The position numbers were made by a program, and so were the translations under genes. Below the pieces are notes generated by a model that was not told where the DNA came from, did no database searches, and was given only the letters and a program-made list of their open reading frames with translations. Positions 20,061 through 30,163 of a stretch of DNA of 64,000 bases are shown here, piece by piece. Position 1 is the first letter of the stretch. Every line of letters begins with the position of its first letter. Origin of the DNA: Leptonemataceae bacterium (GTDB lineage Bacteria > Spirochaetota > Leptospiria > Leptospirales > Leptonemataceae); contig OZ245742.1 in the NCBI GenBank assembly GCA_965227295.1, positions 2,560,001 through 2,624,000 of the forward strand, given 5' to 3'.

Positions 20061-20482
20061 TTCTGCAACAGCTCGATTAACTTCTTCTGATCGCCGATTT
20101 CCTGTTTCACCAGGTCGCCGATGGATACGAGGCCGATCATGCGATCGCCGTCCATGACCGGCAGGTGGCGGATGCGTTTGTCCGTCATGATCGCGAGGCA
20201 GGCGGAAACGCTGTCGTGGGACGTAACGGTGGTGAGGTTGATGGACATGATGTCTTTCACCGGCGTGCTGCGCGAATTGCGTTCCTGAAGAATCACTTTG
20301 CGGGCGTAGTCACGTTCGGAGAACATTCCCACCAGACGACCGTCCTGCATCACCGGAATGGCGCCGACGCCGCGCTCGGCCATGAGCTTGAGCGCGTCGT
20401 ACACCGTGCGATGCGGCTCCACGGACAGGACATCGTGTCCTTTGTCTTTGAGGATGTCCTGGATGGTGGAGGAGAAGTCCAT
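20036..20482 (-). CDS. CBS domain pair protein
   Basis: TVYDALKLMAE, GMFSERDYARK, RIRHLPV, GLVSIGDLVK. Confidence 0.92.
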   Translation of the reverse strand: MDFSSTIQDILKDKGHDVLSVEPHRTVYDALKLMAERGVGAIPVMQDGRLVGMFSERDYARKVILQERNSRSTPVKDIMSINLTTVTSHDSVSACLAIMTDKRIRHLPVMDGDRMIGLVSIGDLVKQEIGDQKKLIELLQNYISATPM

Positions 20483-20657
20483 AGCGGGCCGAAGTCTACA
20501 GGCAATGCGAGGGAGGTCAAGGAATTCCGGGGGGGCCGTCGCTCCCTTTTTGCACCGTATCCGCCGGATCATCCGGGAAGGCGTCGTAGTCTTCGTCGTC
20601 ATCGTTCAAGAGTTGCAATGCGAGGAAGGGACATCCTCCTGTAAAAAACCCACCGCC

Positions 20658-21230
20658 TTAAAGGTCCGCAAGTACGACAGTACCATTGCCAGGAACGGCC
20701 AGAGCGTCGGAGAATCGAAAGCTTTCCCGATCGCGATAGCCGTCGCCTTCCGGGTTCCGGTAGACCTCGATGATGTTCGCGTCGGCGTCTACAAGCCAGT
20801 ACTCCCGAACACCGGCCGCGGCATAGACCGCGGCTTTTTTTCGATCGTATTCAGCGGAGGATACGGCGACTTCCACGACGAACTCCGCCGTTGTGGGATG
20901 GCCCTCGATGTAGTCATCCTCGCGTCGGTGGACCACGGCGACATCGGGCTCGAGTTCGGACTTCGTGAAGGTGAGCGGTTGCTCCTGGCGGACGTCAAGA
21001 TTCTCCGGAAGATGGGCGCGCAAAAAGCGAACGAGTTTCGCAACGAGAGCGGAGTGCAGGGGAGGCTTCGGCATCTTCTCGACGATCACTCCTTCGAACA
21101 ACTCGACCGGCTCTTTGATTTCCCCCGTGCCATAGAGAGAATGATAGAGAGCCACGCCGATGGGCAGTACCCTGTCGCGAATGTCTTGTATTTCAAGGGC
21201 GGCCACGGCCATGGCGAGAGCATAGGACAT
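20658..21230 (-). CDS. Uma2 family (DUF820) endonuclease-like protein
   Basis: ELFEG.I.EK, EPDVAV, VVEVA.SS..YDR.K...YA.AGVREYWLVD. Confidence 0.9.
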   Translation of the reverse strand: MSYALAMAVAALEIQDIRDRVLPIGVALYHSLYGTGEIKEPVELFEGVIVEKMPKPPLHSALVAKLVRFLRAHLPENLDVRQEQPLTFTKSELEPDVAVVHRREDDYIEGHPTTAEFVVEVAVSSAEYDRKKAAVYAAAGVREYWLVDADANIIEVYRNPEGDGYRDRESFRFSDALAVPGNGTVVLADL

Positions 21231-21339
21231 CCGGGGGGCGGGTCAAATAGAAATTCGATGTCCTGTTGTTGCTTTAATTACAGGAGGACGCGAGGAAGCG
21301 AGAACCTCTCATCCTCCTGTGCAAATTCCGCATTAGCCC

Positions 21340-21780
21340 CTAACGTTTCGTCAGCTTCTGAATCACCTCGAGCAAATCCCGCCGGCTGATCATGCCCATC
21401 AACCGACCGTTGCCGTCGACCACCGGCAACTGCCGAAACGGGTTCGCCAGGAAGATGTCGACGATCTGGTAGACGTCCGTCTCGGGGCCGACGGTCTTGA
21501 TGCCCGTGGCCATGTCGTCGCGGACGTGGCGCTCGGGTTCCTCGTGGTAGTACGAACGTTTCGCAAGCAGCTTGAGGCAGTCTTTCTCCGTAAAGATGCC
21601 GAGCAACTGCTCGTGTTCCCCGACGACCGGGGCTCCGGTTACACCGGTCCGCAAAAAGAGTTTTACGGCGTCCGTGGTGTTCATGTCGGGAGTGAGCGTC
21701 GGATGTTTGCGGATCATGATGTCCGCGGCCTTCGGTGTCTCTTCGGCCACCGGTGGCTGAAGATCGGCGGAATAGTTCAT
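21340..21780 (-). CDS. CBS domain pair protein
   Basis: GAPVV...GIFTEKDCL; LPVVD...GMISRRD. Confidence 0.88.
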   Translation of the reverse strand: MNYSADLQPPVAEETPKAADIMIRKHPTLTPDMNTTDAVKLFLRTGVTGAPVVGEHEQLLGIFTEKDCLKLLAKRSYYHEEPERHVRDDMATGIKTVGPETDVYQIVDIFLANPFRQLPVVDGNGRLMGMISRRDLLEVIQKLTKR

Positions 21781-22074
21781 GAGAGACCTCCTGGGCGTCG
21801 TGCGGCGCTGCGTATGCAGTGCGCTTCGTGCCGGAGCTATTATAGAAGGCAAGCCCGGTTAGGTTCAACCGAAAAAGCCGCCGAATGTTCACCTGTCCCG
21901 GCGGCCGATCGAATTCGAGACAGGCGTGGCCGAAAGTTTTCGCGCGCAGGTGCCGGGCACGACAAATTCCTCGTGCATTTTTCGGGGCCGCGAGACCTGA
22001 GGTAGCTACGACCGAAAAAAAAAGCGCTTATCTTGACAGTATGGCCGCCCATTCGCAGATAAGGACAGGCAGGT

Positions 22075-23472
22075 ATGAAAGTACATAAAGTCAGATCCGG
22101 CTACGACATCCCCCTCAAAGGACAACCTGATCCCTCCGCGGGCATTCAGGATGCTCCAAACCCGAAAACATACACAGTGCGGCCCGTCGAATTCGGCGCA
22201 CAGTTGAAACCGCGGCTCAAAGTTGAGACCGGCGACTCGGTGAAGATCGGCACCACGCTCTTCGTCGACAAACGCAATCCCGACGTATGCTACGCGAGTC
22301 CCGCCGCGGGAAAAATCACGGACATCCGGTACGGGCCGCGCCGTGTCATCGAAGCCATCGTCATCTCGCCGTCCGGTGAAGACGCCGAGCAGTTTCAGAA
22401 CTTTCGCTCGGGCGAAATCGCGAACCAGAAGCGCGATGATCTCGTGAAGCTGTTGCTTGAAGGCGGCATGTGGCCGTTTATTCGTCAGCGTCCGTACGAC
22501 ATCAACGCGAACCCGGAAGACACCCCGGCTTCCATCTTCGTGAACTGCATGGATACCGGTCCCCTGGCGCCCGATCCGGAAATCGCCCTGCGGGGCAAAC
22601 GTCCGGAGTTCGAAGCCGGCATTAATGCGCTGAAGGTTCTGGCCGGCGGGAATAAGATCCACGTCGTCATCAACGGCGGCAAGAAGCAAAGCCCCGACTC
22701 GGAGCAACTGTTCACTGGGCTCAGCGGCGTGGAGTACCACGCCTTCGCCGGCAAACACCCGGCCGGCCTGGTCGGCACGCACATCACCACCATCGATCCC
22801 ATCATCGGCTACGCGAACAACCGCAAGGTCATCTGGTATCTGAACGCCCGGGACGTAGTGAAACTCGGCAGTTTTCTTTTGGTAGGGCAGTATCCCACGG
22901 AAAACGTGATCGCGGTCGGCGGCCACGGTGTGAAAGCGGAGCGCCGGAAATACTTTCGCGTGCGTTCCGGCGCCGACATCGGCAGTCTGCTCGACGGTTA
23001 CCTTGAAGACGGCGAGCTGCGCATCATCAGCGGCAACGTGCTTACCGGTACGCAGATCAGCAAAGAAGAGGGCCTCGGCTTCTACGACAGCGTCATCACC
23101 GTCATTCCCGAGGGTCGCGAGCGACGCTTCATCGGCTGGATGCTGCCGGGCTTTTCGCGTTGGACCTGGTCCCGCGCCTACATGTCCGCGGCCGTCCCCG
23201 GTCGGCGCTACGCCATGGACACCAACAAGAACGGCGAAAAGCGCGCGTTCGTGAAGACCGGCGACTATCGCAAGGTCATGGGGATCGATGTGCTGCCGGA
23301 GTTCCTGGTCAAGGCCATTCTGGCCGAGGACATCGAACAAATGGAAGCCCTGGGCATTATGGAGTGTGCGCCGGAGGACTTCGCGCTGTGCGCGTACATC
23401 TGTCCGTCGAAGATCGAATTCACCGAGATCGTGCGCGACGGCCTGGAGATGATGCACAAAGAATTGGCCTGA
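22075..23472 (+). CDS. nqrA: Na+-translocating NADH:quinone reductase subunit A
   Basis: GYDIPLKG.P, RQRPY, GKHPAG, RIISGNVLTG, EDFALC.YICPSK. Confidence 0.95.
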   Translation: MKVHKVRSGYDIPLKGQPDPSAGIQDAPNPKTYTVRPVEFGAQLKPRLKVETGDSVKIGTTLFVDKRNPDVCYASPAAGKITDIRYGPRRVIEAIVISPSGEDAEQFQNFRSGEIANQKRDDLVKLLLEGGMWPFIRQRPYDINANPEDTPASIFVNCMDTGPLAPDPEIALRGKRPEFEAGINALKVLAGGNKIHVVINGGKKQSPDSEQLFTGLSGVEYHAFAGKHPAGLVGTHITTIDPIIGYANNRKVIWYLNARDVVKLGSFLLVGQYPTENVIAVGGHGVKAERRKYFRVRSGADIGSLLDGYLEDGELRIISGNVLTGTQISKEEGLGFYDSVITVIPEGRERRFIGWMLPGFSRWTWSRAYMSAAVPGRRYAMDTNKNGEKRAFVKTGDYRKVMGIDVLPEFLVKAILAEDIEQMEALGIMECAPEDFALCAYICPSKIEFTEIVRDGLEMMHKELA

Positions 23473-23561
23473 CGACGGCGCGCACCGCTCTATCGCACTA
23501 ACCTTTGTTCTTGAAAACTTAGCGGCCCCGGTCGCTTTCCGTTGAAATCAGAGAAACGAAC

Positions 23562-24800
23562 ATGAAGTTCCTACAGAAACAACTCGAAAAGATGGACCCG
23601 CTCTTCGAAAAGGGCGGCAAGCTCGAAAAACTCCATCCCCTCTGGGACGCCCAGAGCACATTCCTGTTTACCCCGAAAGAGGTCACCGAGAAGGGTCCGC
23701 ACGTCCGCGATTCCATCGATCTCAAGCGGGTCATGATCACCGTGGTCATGGCGCTCATCCCGGTGGTGCTGTTTTCTTTCTATAATACGGGCTACCAGAT
23801 GGCCCGGGCCTACGGCGTCGAAGCGAGCCTGCCCTGGTGGCAGATGTTTATCAACGGAGCCATCACGAACCTGCCGATCATTCTGGTCAGCTACGCCGTC
23901 GGCGGTCTCTGGGAAGGCCTCTTCGCAGTCATTCGCCGGCATAAGATCAGTGAGGGCTTTCTCGTAACGGGCATGCTCTTTCCGCTGACTCTGCCGGCCA
24001 CGATTCCGCTGTGGCAGGTGGCCGTGGGCGTAAGCTTCGGCGTTGTGATCGGCAAAGAGGTCTTCGGCGGCACCGGCATGAACATCCTCAACCCGGCGCT
24101 CACCGGGCGGGCCTTTCTGTTCTTCTCGTTTCCGAAAGACATCTCGGGCTCCGATGTCTGGATCAAACATTACAACCCGTCCGCGTTCCCGTACCTCGAT
24201 AACTTCCTGCTGTGGGATCCTTCCTGGAAACTCGTCGACGGTTACAGCGGGGCCACGGCGCTGCTCCAGGCGGCGTCCACCGGCGCGGCGCAAAAACCGG
24301 TCGATGTCCTTACGAGCGGAGGCTACGCCCACTTCGACTGGTGGAATCTGTTTGTAGGTCTGGTGCCCGGCAGTATGGGCGAAACCTCGGCTCTCGTGGC
24401 GCTGATCGGCGCGGCGATTCTGATCCTCACCGGCGTCGGTAGCTGGCAGATCATAACGAGCTGCATTCTCGGTGCGGCGGCCATGGCGGGTTTCATGGGC
24501 ATCTTTACGGACGTCGGCCTGCCGGCGGTGCCCTGGCACTACCATCTCGTGATGGGCGGCTTCATGTTCGGCGCGGTCTACATGGCCACCGATCCGGTGA
24601 GCGCGGCGCATTCGGGCATGGGCAAGTGGATCTACGGTTTCTTAATCGGCGTTCTGTGCATCTTAATCCGGGTGTGGAACCCGGCCTATCCCGAGGGCAT
24701 GATGCTCTCGATTCTCTTTATGAACATTTTCGCGCCGCTCATCGATCATTACGTGGTAAAGGCGAACATCAACCGGAGGCTCAAACGTGCAACGGGGTAA
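23562..24800 (+). CDS. nqrB: Na+-NQR subunit B
   Basis: HVRDSIDLKR, GKEVFGGTGMNILNPAL, FMN site SGAT, NPAYPEGMML. Confidence 0.96.
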   Translation: MKFLQKQLEKMDPLFEKGGKLEKLHPLWDAQSTFLFTPKEVTEKGPHVRDSIDLKRVMITVVMALIPVVLFSFYNTGYQMARAYGVEASLPWWQMFINGAITNLPIILVSYAVGGLWEGLFAVIRRHKISEGFLVTGMLFPLTLPATIPLWQVAVGVSFGVVIGKEVFGGTGMNILNPALTGRAFLFFSFPKDISGSDVWIKHYNPSAFPYLDNFLLWDPSWKLVDGYSGATALLQAASTGAAQKPVDVLTSGGYAHFDWWNLFVGLVPGSMGETSALVALIGAAILILTGVGSWQIITSCILGAAAMAGFMGIFTDVGLPAVPWHYHLVMGGFMFGAVYMATDPVSAAHSGMGKWIYGFLIGVLCILIRVWNPAYPEGMMLSILFMNIFAPLIDHYVVKANINRRLKRATG

Positions 24801-25680
24801 TGCTTATACATTCATCTTCGCGTTCATCGTCTGCATATGTTGCAGCGTGGCGCTGGCCTTCGCGGCCACCGGTCTGCGCGAAGCCCAGGACATCAGTGCG
24901 CGCCTGGACATCGTGAAGAACATCCTGCTCGTCGGCGGCTACGAACAAAAGGAACTCGATCGCATGGCCGCGGAGAGTCCGCAGCAGGTTCTGGAAATCT
25001 TCCGCAAAAACTTCGACGTCCGCCTCGTGAACGAGGACAAAGAGGAAGTGCCCCTGGAGTTTGTGAAGTCCGAGCTGAACAAGATCGGCTACCAGGACGA
25101 GCAGCTCGCCGCGATGCAGGCCTTTGAAATCGTCGACATCTTCAAAAGCAAGGTCAATCTTCTGGCGAAGGCAGCCGGTCAGTCCGTGGACGAGTACAAT
25201 CCCGGCCTCAGCCTCATCTACCTGCAGATGAGTTCGGGGGAAGGCGACGCGGAGCGAGAGGTCGTCGCTTACATTATTCCTGTCGAAGGTTACGGGCTGT
25301 GGGATATGGTCTATGCCTATCTGGCGCTTGAGGCCGACCTGGTCACAGTGAAGGATGTTGTGTTTTACTCTCATCAGGAGACGCCCGGTCTGGGCGGCGA
25401 AATCTCCACGAAGGCCTTCACCGATCAGTGGAAGGGCAAAAAGATCCTCGACGAGAACGGAGACCTTGTCAGTATCCAGGTGGTCAAGGGCGGCACGGAT
25501 GACGACAATCCCCACGGCGTCGACGGCATCAGCGGCGGCACCATCACCGGTGACAGCGTTACGAAGTTCTTGAAAGAGGACCTCGAACGCTACAACGCAT
25601 ACTTCAAGACCATCCGCGGCGGCGATAAAACCGGCGCGACGCAAGATCAGGCGGCCTTTGCCGCAGGAGAACGAAAATGA
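24787..25680 (+). CDS. nqrC: Na+-NQR subunit C
   Basis: GYGLW, ETPGLGGEI, FMN site DGISGGTIT. Confidence 0.93.
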   Translation: MQRGNAYTFIFAFIVCICCSVALAFAATGLREAQDISARLDIVKNILLVGGYEQKELDRMAAESPQQVLEIFRKNFDVRLVNEDKEEVPLEFVKSELNKIGYQDEQLAAMQAFEIVDIFKSKVNLLAKAAGQSVDEYNPGLSLIYLQMSSGEGDAEREVVAYIIPVEGYGLWDMVYAYLALEADLVTVKDVVFYSHQETPGLGGEISTKAFTDQWKGKKILDENGDLVSIQVVKGGTDDDNPHGVDGISGGTITGDSVTKFLKEDLERYNAYFKTIRGGDKTGATQDQAAFAAGERK

Positions 25681-26357
25681 GCGATACGGCAACAGTACCC
25701 GCGCCCCGGCAGGCGCAAAACGAACGCAAGCCGCTCTTCGGCAAGAAAGAGCGCTCCATCGTCCGCGATCCGTTGTGGGACAACAACCCCATCACGCTGC
25801 AGGTTCTCGGCATCTGTTCGGCCCTCGCCGTAACAACGCAGATGTCCACGACCATCGTCATGTGCCTGGCGGTGATCGCGGTGCTCTCGCTCTCGAACAC
25901 GATCGTTTCGTTTCTGCGGGACTTCATTCCGTCGAAGATTCGCATCATCGTCATGCTGGCAGTGATCTCATCGCTCGTGATCCTGGTGGACCAGATCCTT
26001 AAGGCCTACCTCTTCGAAATGTCGAAGCAGCTCTCGGTTTTCGTCGGTCTGATCATTACGAACTGCATCATCCTGGGCCGCGCCGAGGGTTTCGCCATGG
26101 CGAACAAACCCTGGCCGTCGTTCCTCGACGGAGTCGGCAACGCGTTGGGTTACTCGATCATCCTCATTCTTGTGGCCACCGGTCGCGAGATCCTGGGGAA
26201 CGGCACCTGGTTCGGCCTGGCTGTAATCCCGCAGTTTTTCTACGACATCGGTTACCAGAACATCGGCCTCATGAAGTTGCCCCCGGGCGCCTTCCTTATC
26301 GTAGGGCTTATCATCTGGGTCCAGCGTTCCATCTCGAAACAGTACGAAACGCACTAA
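25677..26357 (+). CDS. nqrD: Na+-NQR subunit D
   Basis: NNPITLQVLGICSALAVT, SVFVGLIITNCIILGRAE. Confidence 0.96.
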   Translation: MSDTATVPAPRQAQNERKPLFGKKERSIVRDPLWDNNPITLQVLGICSALAVTTQMSTTIVMCLAVIAVLSLSNTIVSFLRDFIPSKIRIIVMLAVISSLVILVDQILKAYLFEMSKQLSVFVGLIITNCIILGRAEGFAMANKPWPSFLDGVGNALGYSIILILVATGREILGNGTWFGLAVIPQFFYDIGYQNIGLMKLPPGAFLIVGLIIWVQRSISKQYETH

Positions 26358-26390
26358 TCTACGTTACCTGAATACTAAGAGATAAACCTT

Positions 26391-27002
26391 ATGAATCTCG
26401 TAAACATCGCAGTCCAATCCGTCTTTGTCGAAAACATCCTGCTGGCGTACTTCCTCGGGATGTGTTCATTCCTGGCGGTCTCCAAGAAGATCGACACCGC
26501 CGTCGGCCTCGGCTTTGCCGTGGTCTTCGTGAACGGGATCACCGCCCCGGTGAACTGGCTCATCAATCATTATCTGCTGAACGACGGCGCCCTGGCCTGG
26601 GTCGGCCTGGCCACGGTGGATCTTTCGTTCCTGCGCTTCATCACCTATATCGCGGTAATCGCGGCCATGGTGCAGCTCGTGGAGATGATCATCGACAAGT
26701 TCTCTCCGACGCTCTACGCGTCGCTGGGTATCTTTCTGCCGCTGATCGCGGTGAACTGCGCCATCCTGGGGACCTCGCTCTTCATGGATACCAAAGGCTA
26801 CAACCTGGCCGAGTCCACCGTCTTCGGCCTTTCTTCCGGCCTCGGCTGGATGCTGGCCATCGTGGCGCTGGCGGCCATTCGCACGCGCATTCGTTATTCG
26901 GACGTGCCCCCGGGCCTGCGCGGCCTCGGCATGGCGTTCATTCTCACGGGACTCATGGCGATCGGTTTCATGTGTTTCGTGGGCATCAAAATGACCGAAT
27001 GA
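26391..27002 (+). CDS. nqrE: Na+-NQR subunit E
   Basis: [34 protein letters not shown]. Confidence 0.96.
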   Translation: MNLVNIAVQSVFVENILLAYFLGMCSFLAVSKKIDTAVGLGFAVVFVNGITAPVNWLINHYLLNDGALAWVGLATVDLSFLRFITYIAVIAAMVQLVEMIIDKFSPTLYASLGIFLPLIAVNCAILGTSLFMDTKGYNLAESTVFGLSSGLGWMLAIVALAAIRTRIRYSDVPPGLRGLGMAFILTGLMAIGFMCFVGIKMTE

Positions 27003-27050
27003 CGGACACTTTCGAAACGGCCTTTTCTTAACTATTACGGAGCAAATATT

Positions 27051-28283
27051 ATGAGCGGAATCGCAATCGTAGGACTCAGTGTTGCCGTCTTCACGTTCGT
27101 GATCATGGGACTGGTGACCATCATTACCCAGGCGGAGAAGCGCCTGGTCGCCCAGGGCGACGTGAAGATCAACATCAACGGCGACGAGGAGAAGTCCATC
27201 ACGGCGCCCGCCGGATCCACACTGCTGACGACGCTCTCGAACTCCGGCCTGTATCTGCCGTCGGCCTGCGGCGGCGGCGGGACCTGCGCCATGTGCAAGT
27301 GCCAGATCTTCGACGGCGCCGGGGACATTCTGCCCACCGAAGCGGGGCACTTTACCCGCAAAGAAATCAAGGAAAACTGGCGCCTGTCGTGCCAGGTAAA
27401 GGTCAAGGGCGATCTGGAAATCGGCGTTCCGGAAGAGGTGCTCAGCATTCAGAAGTTCACCTGTACCGTGCGCAGCAATCACAACGTCGCGACGTTCATC
27501 AAAGAGCTCGTCCTGGACATCGACGACGGCAAGGAAATGGACTTCGAGGCCGGCGGTTACATTCAGATCTACGTCCCCGAGTACGACATCGACTTCAAGA
27601 ACTTCGACATCGAAAAAGAGTACCACCCGGACTGGGATCAGTTTAAGTTGTGGGACCTGAAAGCGCGCAACGACGAGGAGATCTTCCGCGCCTATTCCAT
27701 GGCGAACCACCCGGCCGAGGGCAACATCGTTATGCTGAACATCCGCATCGCCACGCCGCCGCGGGGCATGGACGTGCCTCCGGGGATTTGTTCCAGCTAC
27801 GTGTTCAATCTGAAACCCGGCGACAAAGTCGAGGTGAGCGGACCCTACGGTGAGTTCTTCGCCAAAGAAACCGAGCGGGAAATGTGCTACATCGGCGGTG
27901 GTGCCGGCATGGCCCCGTTGCGCTCGCACATCTTCGATCTTTTCCATACCAGGAAAACGAACCGCAAGGTCACCTACTGGTACGGCGCACGCTCGCTGCG
28001 GGAGATGTTCTACGAGGACGACTTCCGCAAAATCGAAAAGGAATTCGACAACTTCAAGTTCCACGTGGCGCTCTCGGACCCGCTGCCCGAGGACAACTGG
28101 GAAGGCCCCACGGGCTTCATTCACCAGGTGGTCCTGGAAAACTATCTCAAGAACCATCCCGATCCCACGGAGATCGAGTACTACCTGTGCGGCCCGCCGC
28201 TCATGCTCGACGCCGTGCAAAAAATGCTCTACGACCTGGGCGTGGAGCGCGAAATGATCGACTTCGACGACTTCGGTAGTTGA
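27051..28283 (+). CDS. nqrF: Na+-NQR subunit F
   Basis: [12 protein letters not shown] 2Fe-2S motif, [26 protein letters not shown]. Confidence 0.97.
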   Translation: MSGIAIVGLSVAVFTFVIMGLVTIITQAEKRLVAQGDVKININGDEEKSITAPAGSTLLTTLSNSGLYLPSACGGGGTCAMCKCQIFDGAGDILPTEAGHFTRKEIKENWRLSCQVKVKGDLEIGVPEEVLSIQKFTCTVRSNHNVATFIKELVLDIDDGKEMDFEAGGYIQIYVPEYDIDFKNFDIEKEYHPDWDQFKLWDLKARNDEEIFRAYSMANHPAEGNIVMLNIRIATPPRGMDVPPGICSSYVFNLKPGDKVEVSGPYGEFFAKETEREMCYIGGGAGMAPLRSHIFDLFHTRKTNRKVTYWYGARSLREMFYEDDFRKIEKEFDNFKFHVALSDPLPEDNWEGPTGFIHQVVLENYLKNHPDPTEIEYYLCGPPLMLDAVQKMLYDLGVEREMIDFDDFGS

Positions 28284-28305
28284 GGGAGAATAGGAATCAG
28301 GACTA

Positions 28306-28417
28306 ACACCGAGGACCGAGAGACCGAGGTTTCCTGGAAGGGCATTCTTATTAGCAAGGCCGCGCGCAAGCTATGAATGCTCTCCGTTTTCGCCTCGCAA
28401 GACTCGGTCCTCGGAGT
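28306..28417. repeat. CCGAG-armed hairpin element, copy 5 (overlaps the apbE start)
   Basis: acaccgaggaccgagagaccgag ... ctcgcaagactcggtcctcggagt. Confidence 0.75.
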
Positions 28418-29488
28418 CTATTCCTTCTTTTCCTCGCGTGCGCGTTCGCCTGCAAGCCCGCGGACGAATCGCTTACGTTGAAGGGCTACGCCCTCGGCAC
28501 CACCTATACCGTTAAGATCTACCCGCACGAAGTTAGCGAAGACGAAGCCTCGCTGCCTCCCGAAGACGAACTGCGTTCCGAAATCGAAGACGTCATTGCC
28601 GGCATGAACGCGGCCATGTCCAACTGGCATACGGACAGCGAAATCTCGCGATTCAATGCCCTGGAGGCCCCGGCAACCATCGAAATCTCGCCGGCCTTCG
28701 CGCGAGTCTTGGAAGCATCGCAGGAGATGCACCGACGTTCCGGCGGCGCTTTTGATCCGGGCCGCTCCAGGCTCTTTGATCTGTGGGGTTTCGGCGCCGA
28801 ACAAAAAGAGGACGCCGTGCGCAGCGTTCCGGACCAGGCGGACATCGAACGCCTGTTGCAAAACAGCGGCCTCGCATACGTGCGTCTGGAAATCAAACCG
28901 CATCCGGAAAATCTCGACAGTCACAGCCTCATCACGCTGCACAAAGAGCGCGACGATGCCGGGTTAAACGTGAGTGCTCTCGCGAAAGGTTACGCCGTGG
29001 ACCTGGTATTCGAGCGACTGCAGGAACACGGCGCCCGGTACATGATGGTGGAAATCGGCGGCGAGGTTCGTACCGGACCGGCGCATCCGCAGCGTGGAGG
29101 TTTTCACATCGGCATCGACGAGCCGCGGTACGACGGTCGCCGTTCGCTCTACGAGGTCCTCGAAGTTTCGGACGCGGCCGTGGCGACGAGCGGCAACTAT
29201 CGCAACTACTTTCGCGGCGACGACGGCCGGTTGTATTCGCACATCCTGGATCCCCGCACCGGTCGGCCGTCGGAGAGCGATGTCGTGTCGGCCACGGTGA
29301 TCGGCCCGGCCTGCATGATCGCCGACGCCCTGGCAACGACGTTGCTGGTGCTGAGCGAAGACGAAGGACTGGCCTTGATCGAAGCGATGCCGGAGTACGA
29401 GGCGTTGTTGTTAATCAAAGACGGCGAGAAGTTACGGGAAGTGCAAACGGCGGGGATGGCGCGGTTCAGGAATGGCTCGGGTCCGTAG
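28373..29488 (+). CDS. apbE: FAD:protein FMN transferase (lipoprotein)
   Basis: SEISRFN, AKGYAVD, VEIGGE, ATSGNYRNYF, HILDPRTG, ADALAT. Confidence 0.95.
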   Translation: MNALRFRLARLGPRSLFLLFLACAFACKPADESLTLKGYALGTTYTVKIYPHEVSEDEASLPPEDELRSEIEDVIAGMNAAMSNWHTDSEISRFNALEAPATIEISPAFARVLEASQEMHRRSGGAFDPGRSRLFDLWGFGAEQKEDAVRSVPDQADIERLLQNSGLAYVRLEIKPHPENLDSHSLITLHKERDDAGLNVSALAKGYAVDLVFERLQEHGARYMMVEIGGEVRTGPAHPQRGGFHIGIDEPRYDGRRSLYEVLEVSDAAVATSGNYRNYFRGDDGRLYSHILDPRTGRPSESDVVSATVIGPACMIADALATTLLVLSEDEGLALIEAMPEYEALLLIKDGEKLREVQTAGMARFRNGSGP

Positions 29489-29792
29489 TTCCGGTGTGCC
29501 CTGAAGCTTGAGGTAAGTGCCCGGGAGGGAAAGTTAAGGGAAGTATGGGTACGGCTGGTTCCAGCCGGCGAACGGAGGTCGTGCCGGGGGACGTGGTAAG
29601 GCGGACCGGAACGGCGTCTTCGCCGCAAGAGACGCTGCCGAAGCTGAGTCGCTCTCCCGGCGTCCGGGTCGATGTGGACAATCTTAACAAAACGAAAAGC
29701 TACAACTCCCGCGAGCCGTAGCAAAATGATTCCCTTTACAATTCCTGAGCCAGGCTCTGTAGCTTCACAGCTCCTGCCATGATTCCGAGGGC
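29489..29792 (+). ncRNA. Unrecognised structured non-coding element, copy A
   Basis: Homologous to 31989-32281 at an exact 2500-nt offset; core 29543-29630 is 77/88 identical; conserved hairpins with G-U pairs on the + strand. Confidence 0.55.
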
Positions 29793-29804
29793 TCCCCGGG
29801 ATCG

Positions 29805-30056
29805 TCACATCAACCGCGACTTTTGCAGTGCCTGCTGTAGCTTGCTGTAATGCTGCGGCTCTTCTTGTTCGGCGTCGCACTTGTTCGGATCGCCGCCGCA
29901 GATGCTGCACGATTCGTCGCCGCCGCGGGTGATGGTCCCGTTCGCGGCGAGGCCGCCGCAGGAACCCTTCACGGGCCGCCCGAACATGGCGCCGATCGCG
30001 ATGCCGGCCATGCAAATGCCGAAGAGGGCGAGGGTGAGCAGCAGAATCTCGGTCAT
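29805..30056 (-). CDS. nqrM: Na+-NQR maturation factor (DUF539)
   Basis: TM helix then KGSCGGL...CSICG...C. Confidence 0.85.
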   Translation of the reverse strand: MTEILLLTLALFGICMAGIAIGAMFGRPVKGSCGGLAANGTITRGGDESCSICGGDPNKCDAEQEEPQHYSKLQQALQKSRLM

Positions 30057-30163
30057 TCTAATAAGTTAGTAAGATCGCGCGGAAAATCAAGTCTTTTGCC
30101 GCGCCGTGCAAAAGGAGCGGGCGCCGATTTTTCGGCCGCCCGCTCCACGTTATACGCGGGATC

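Noticed and set aside
26466..28220. Long antisense ORFs (also 22006-23457, 23571-24611 and others)
   Set aside because: Shadow frames of GC-rich genes whose opposite strand has unambiguous motifs
29494..29800. Complete group II intron (copy A has GTGTG near its start)
   Set aside because: No domain V/VI or reverse transcriptase ORF is visible and copies B and C lack GTGYG; only a loose domain-I resemblance remains
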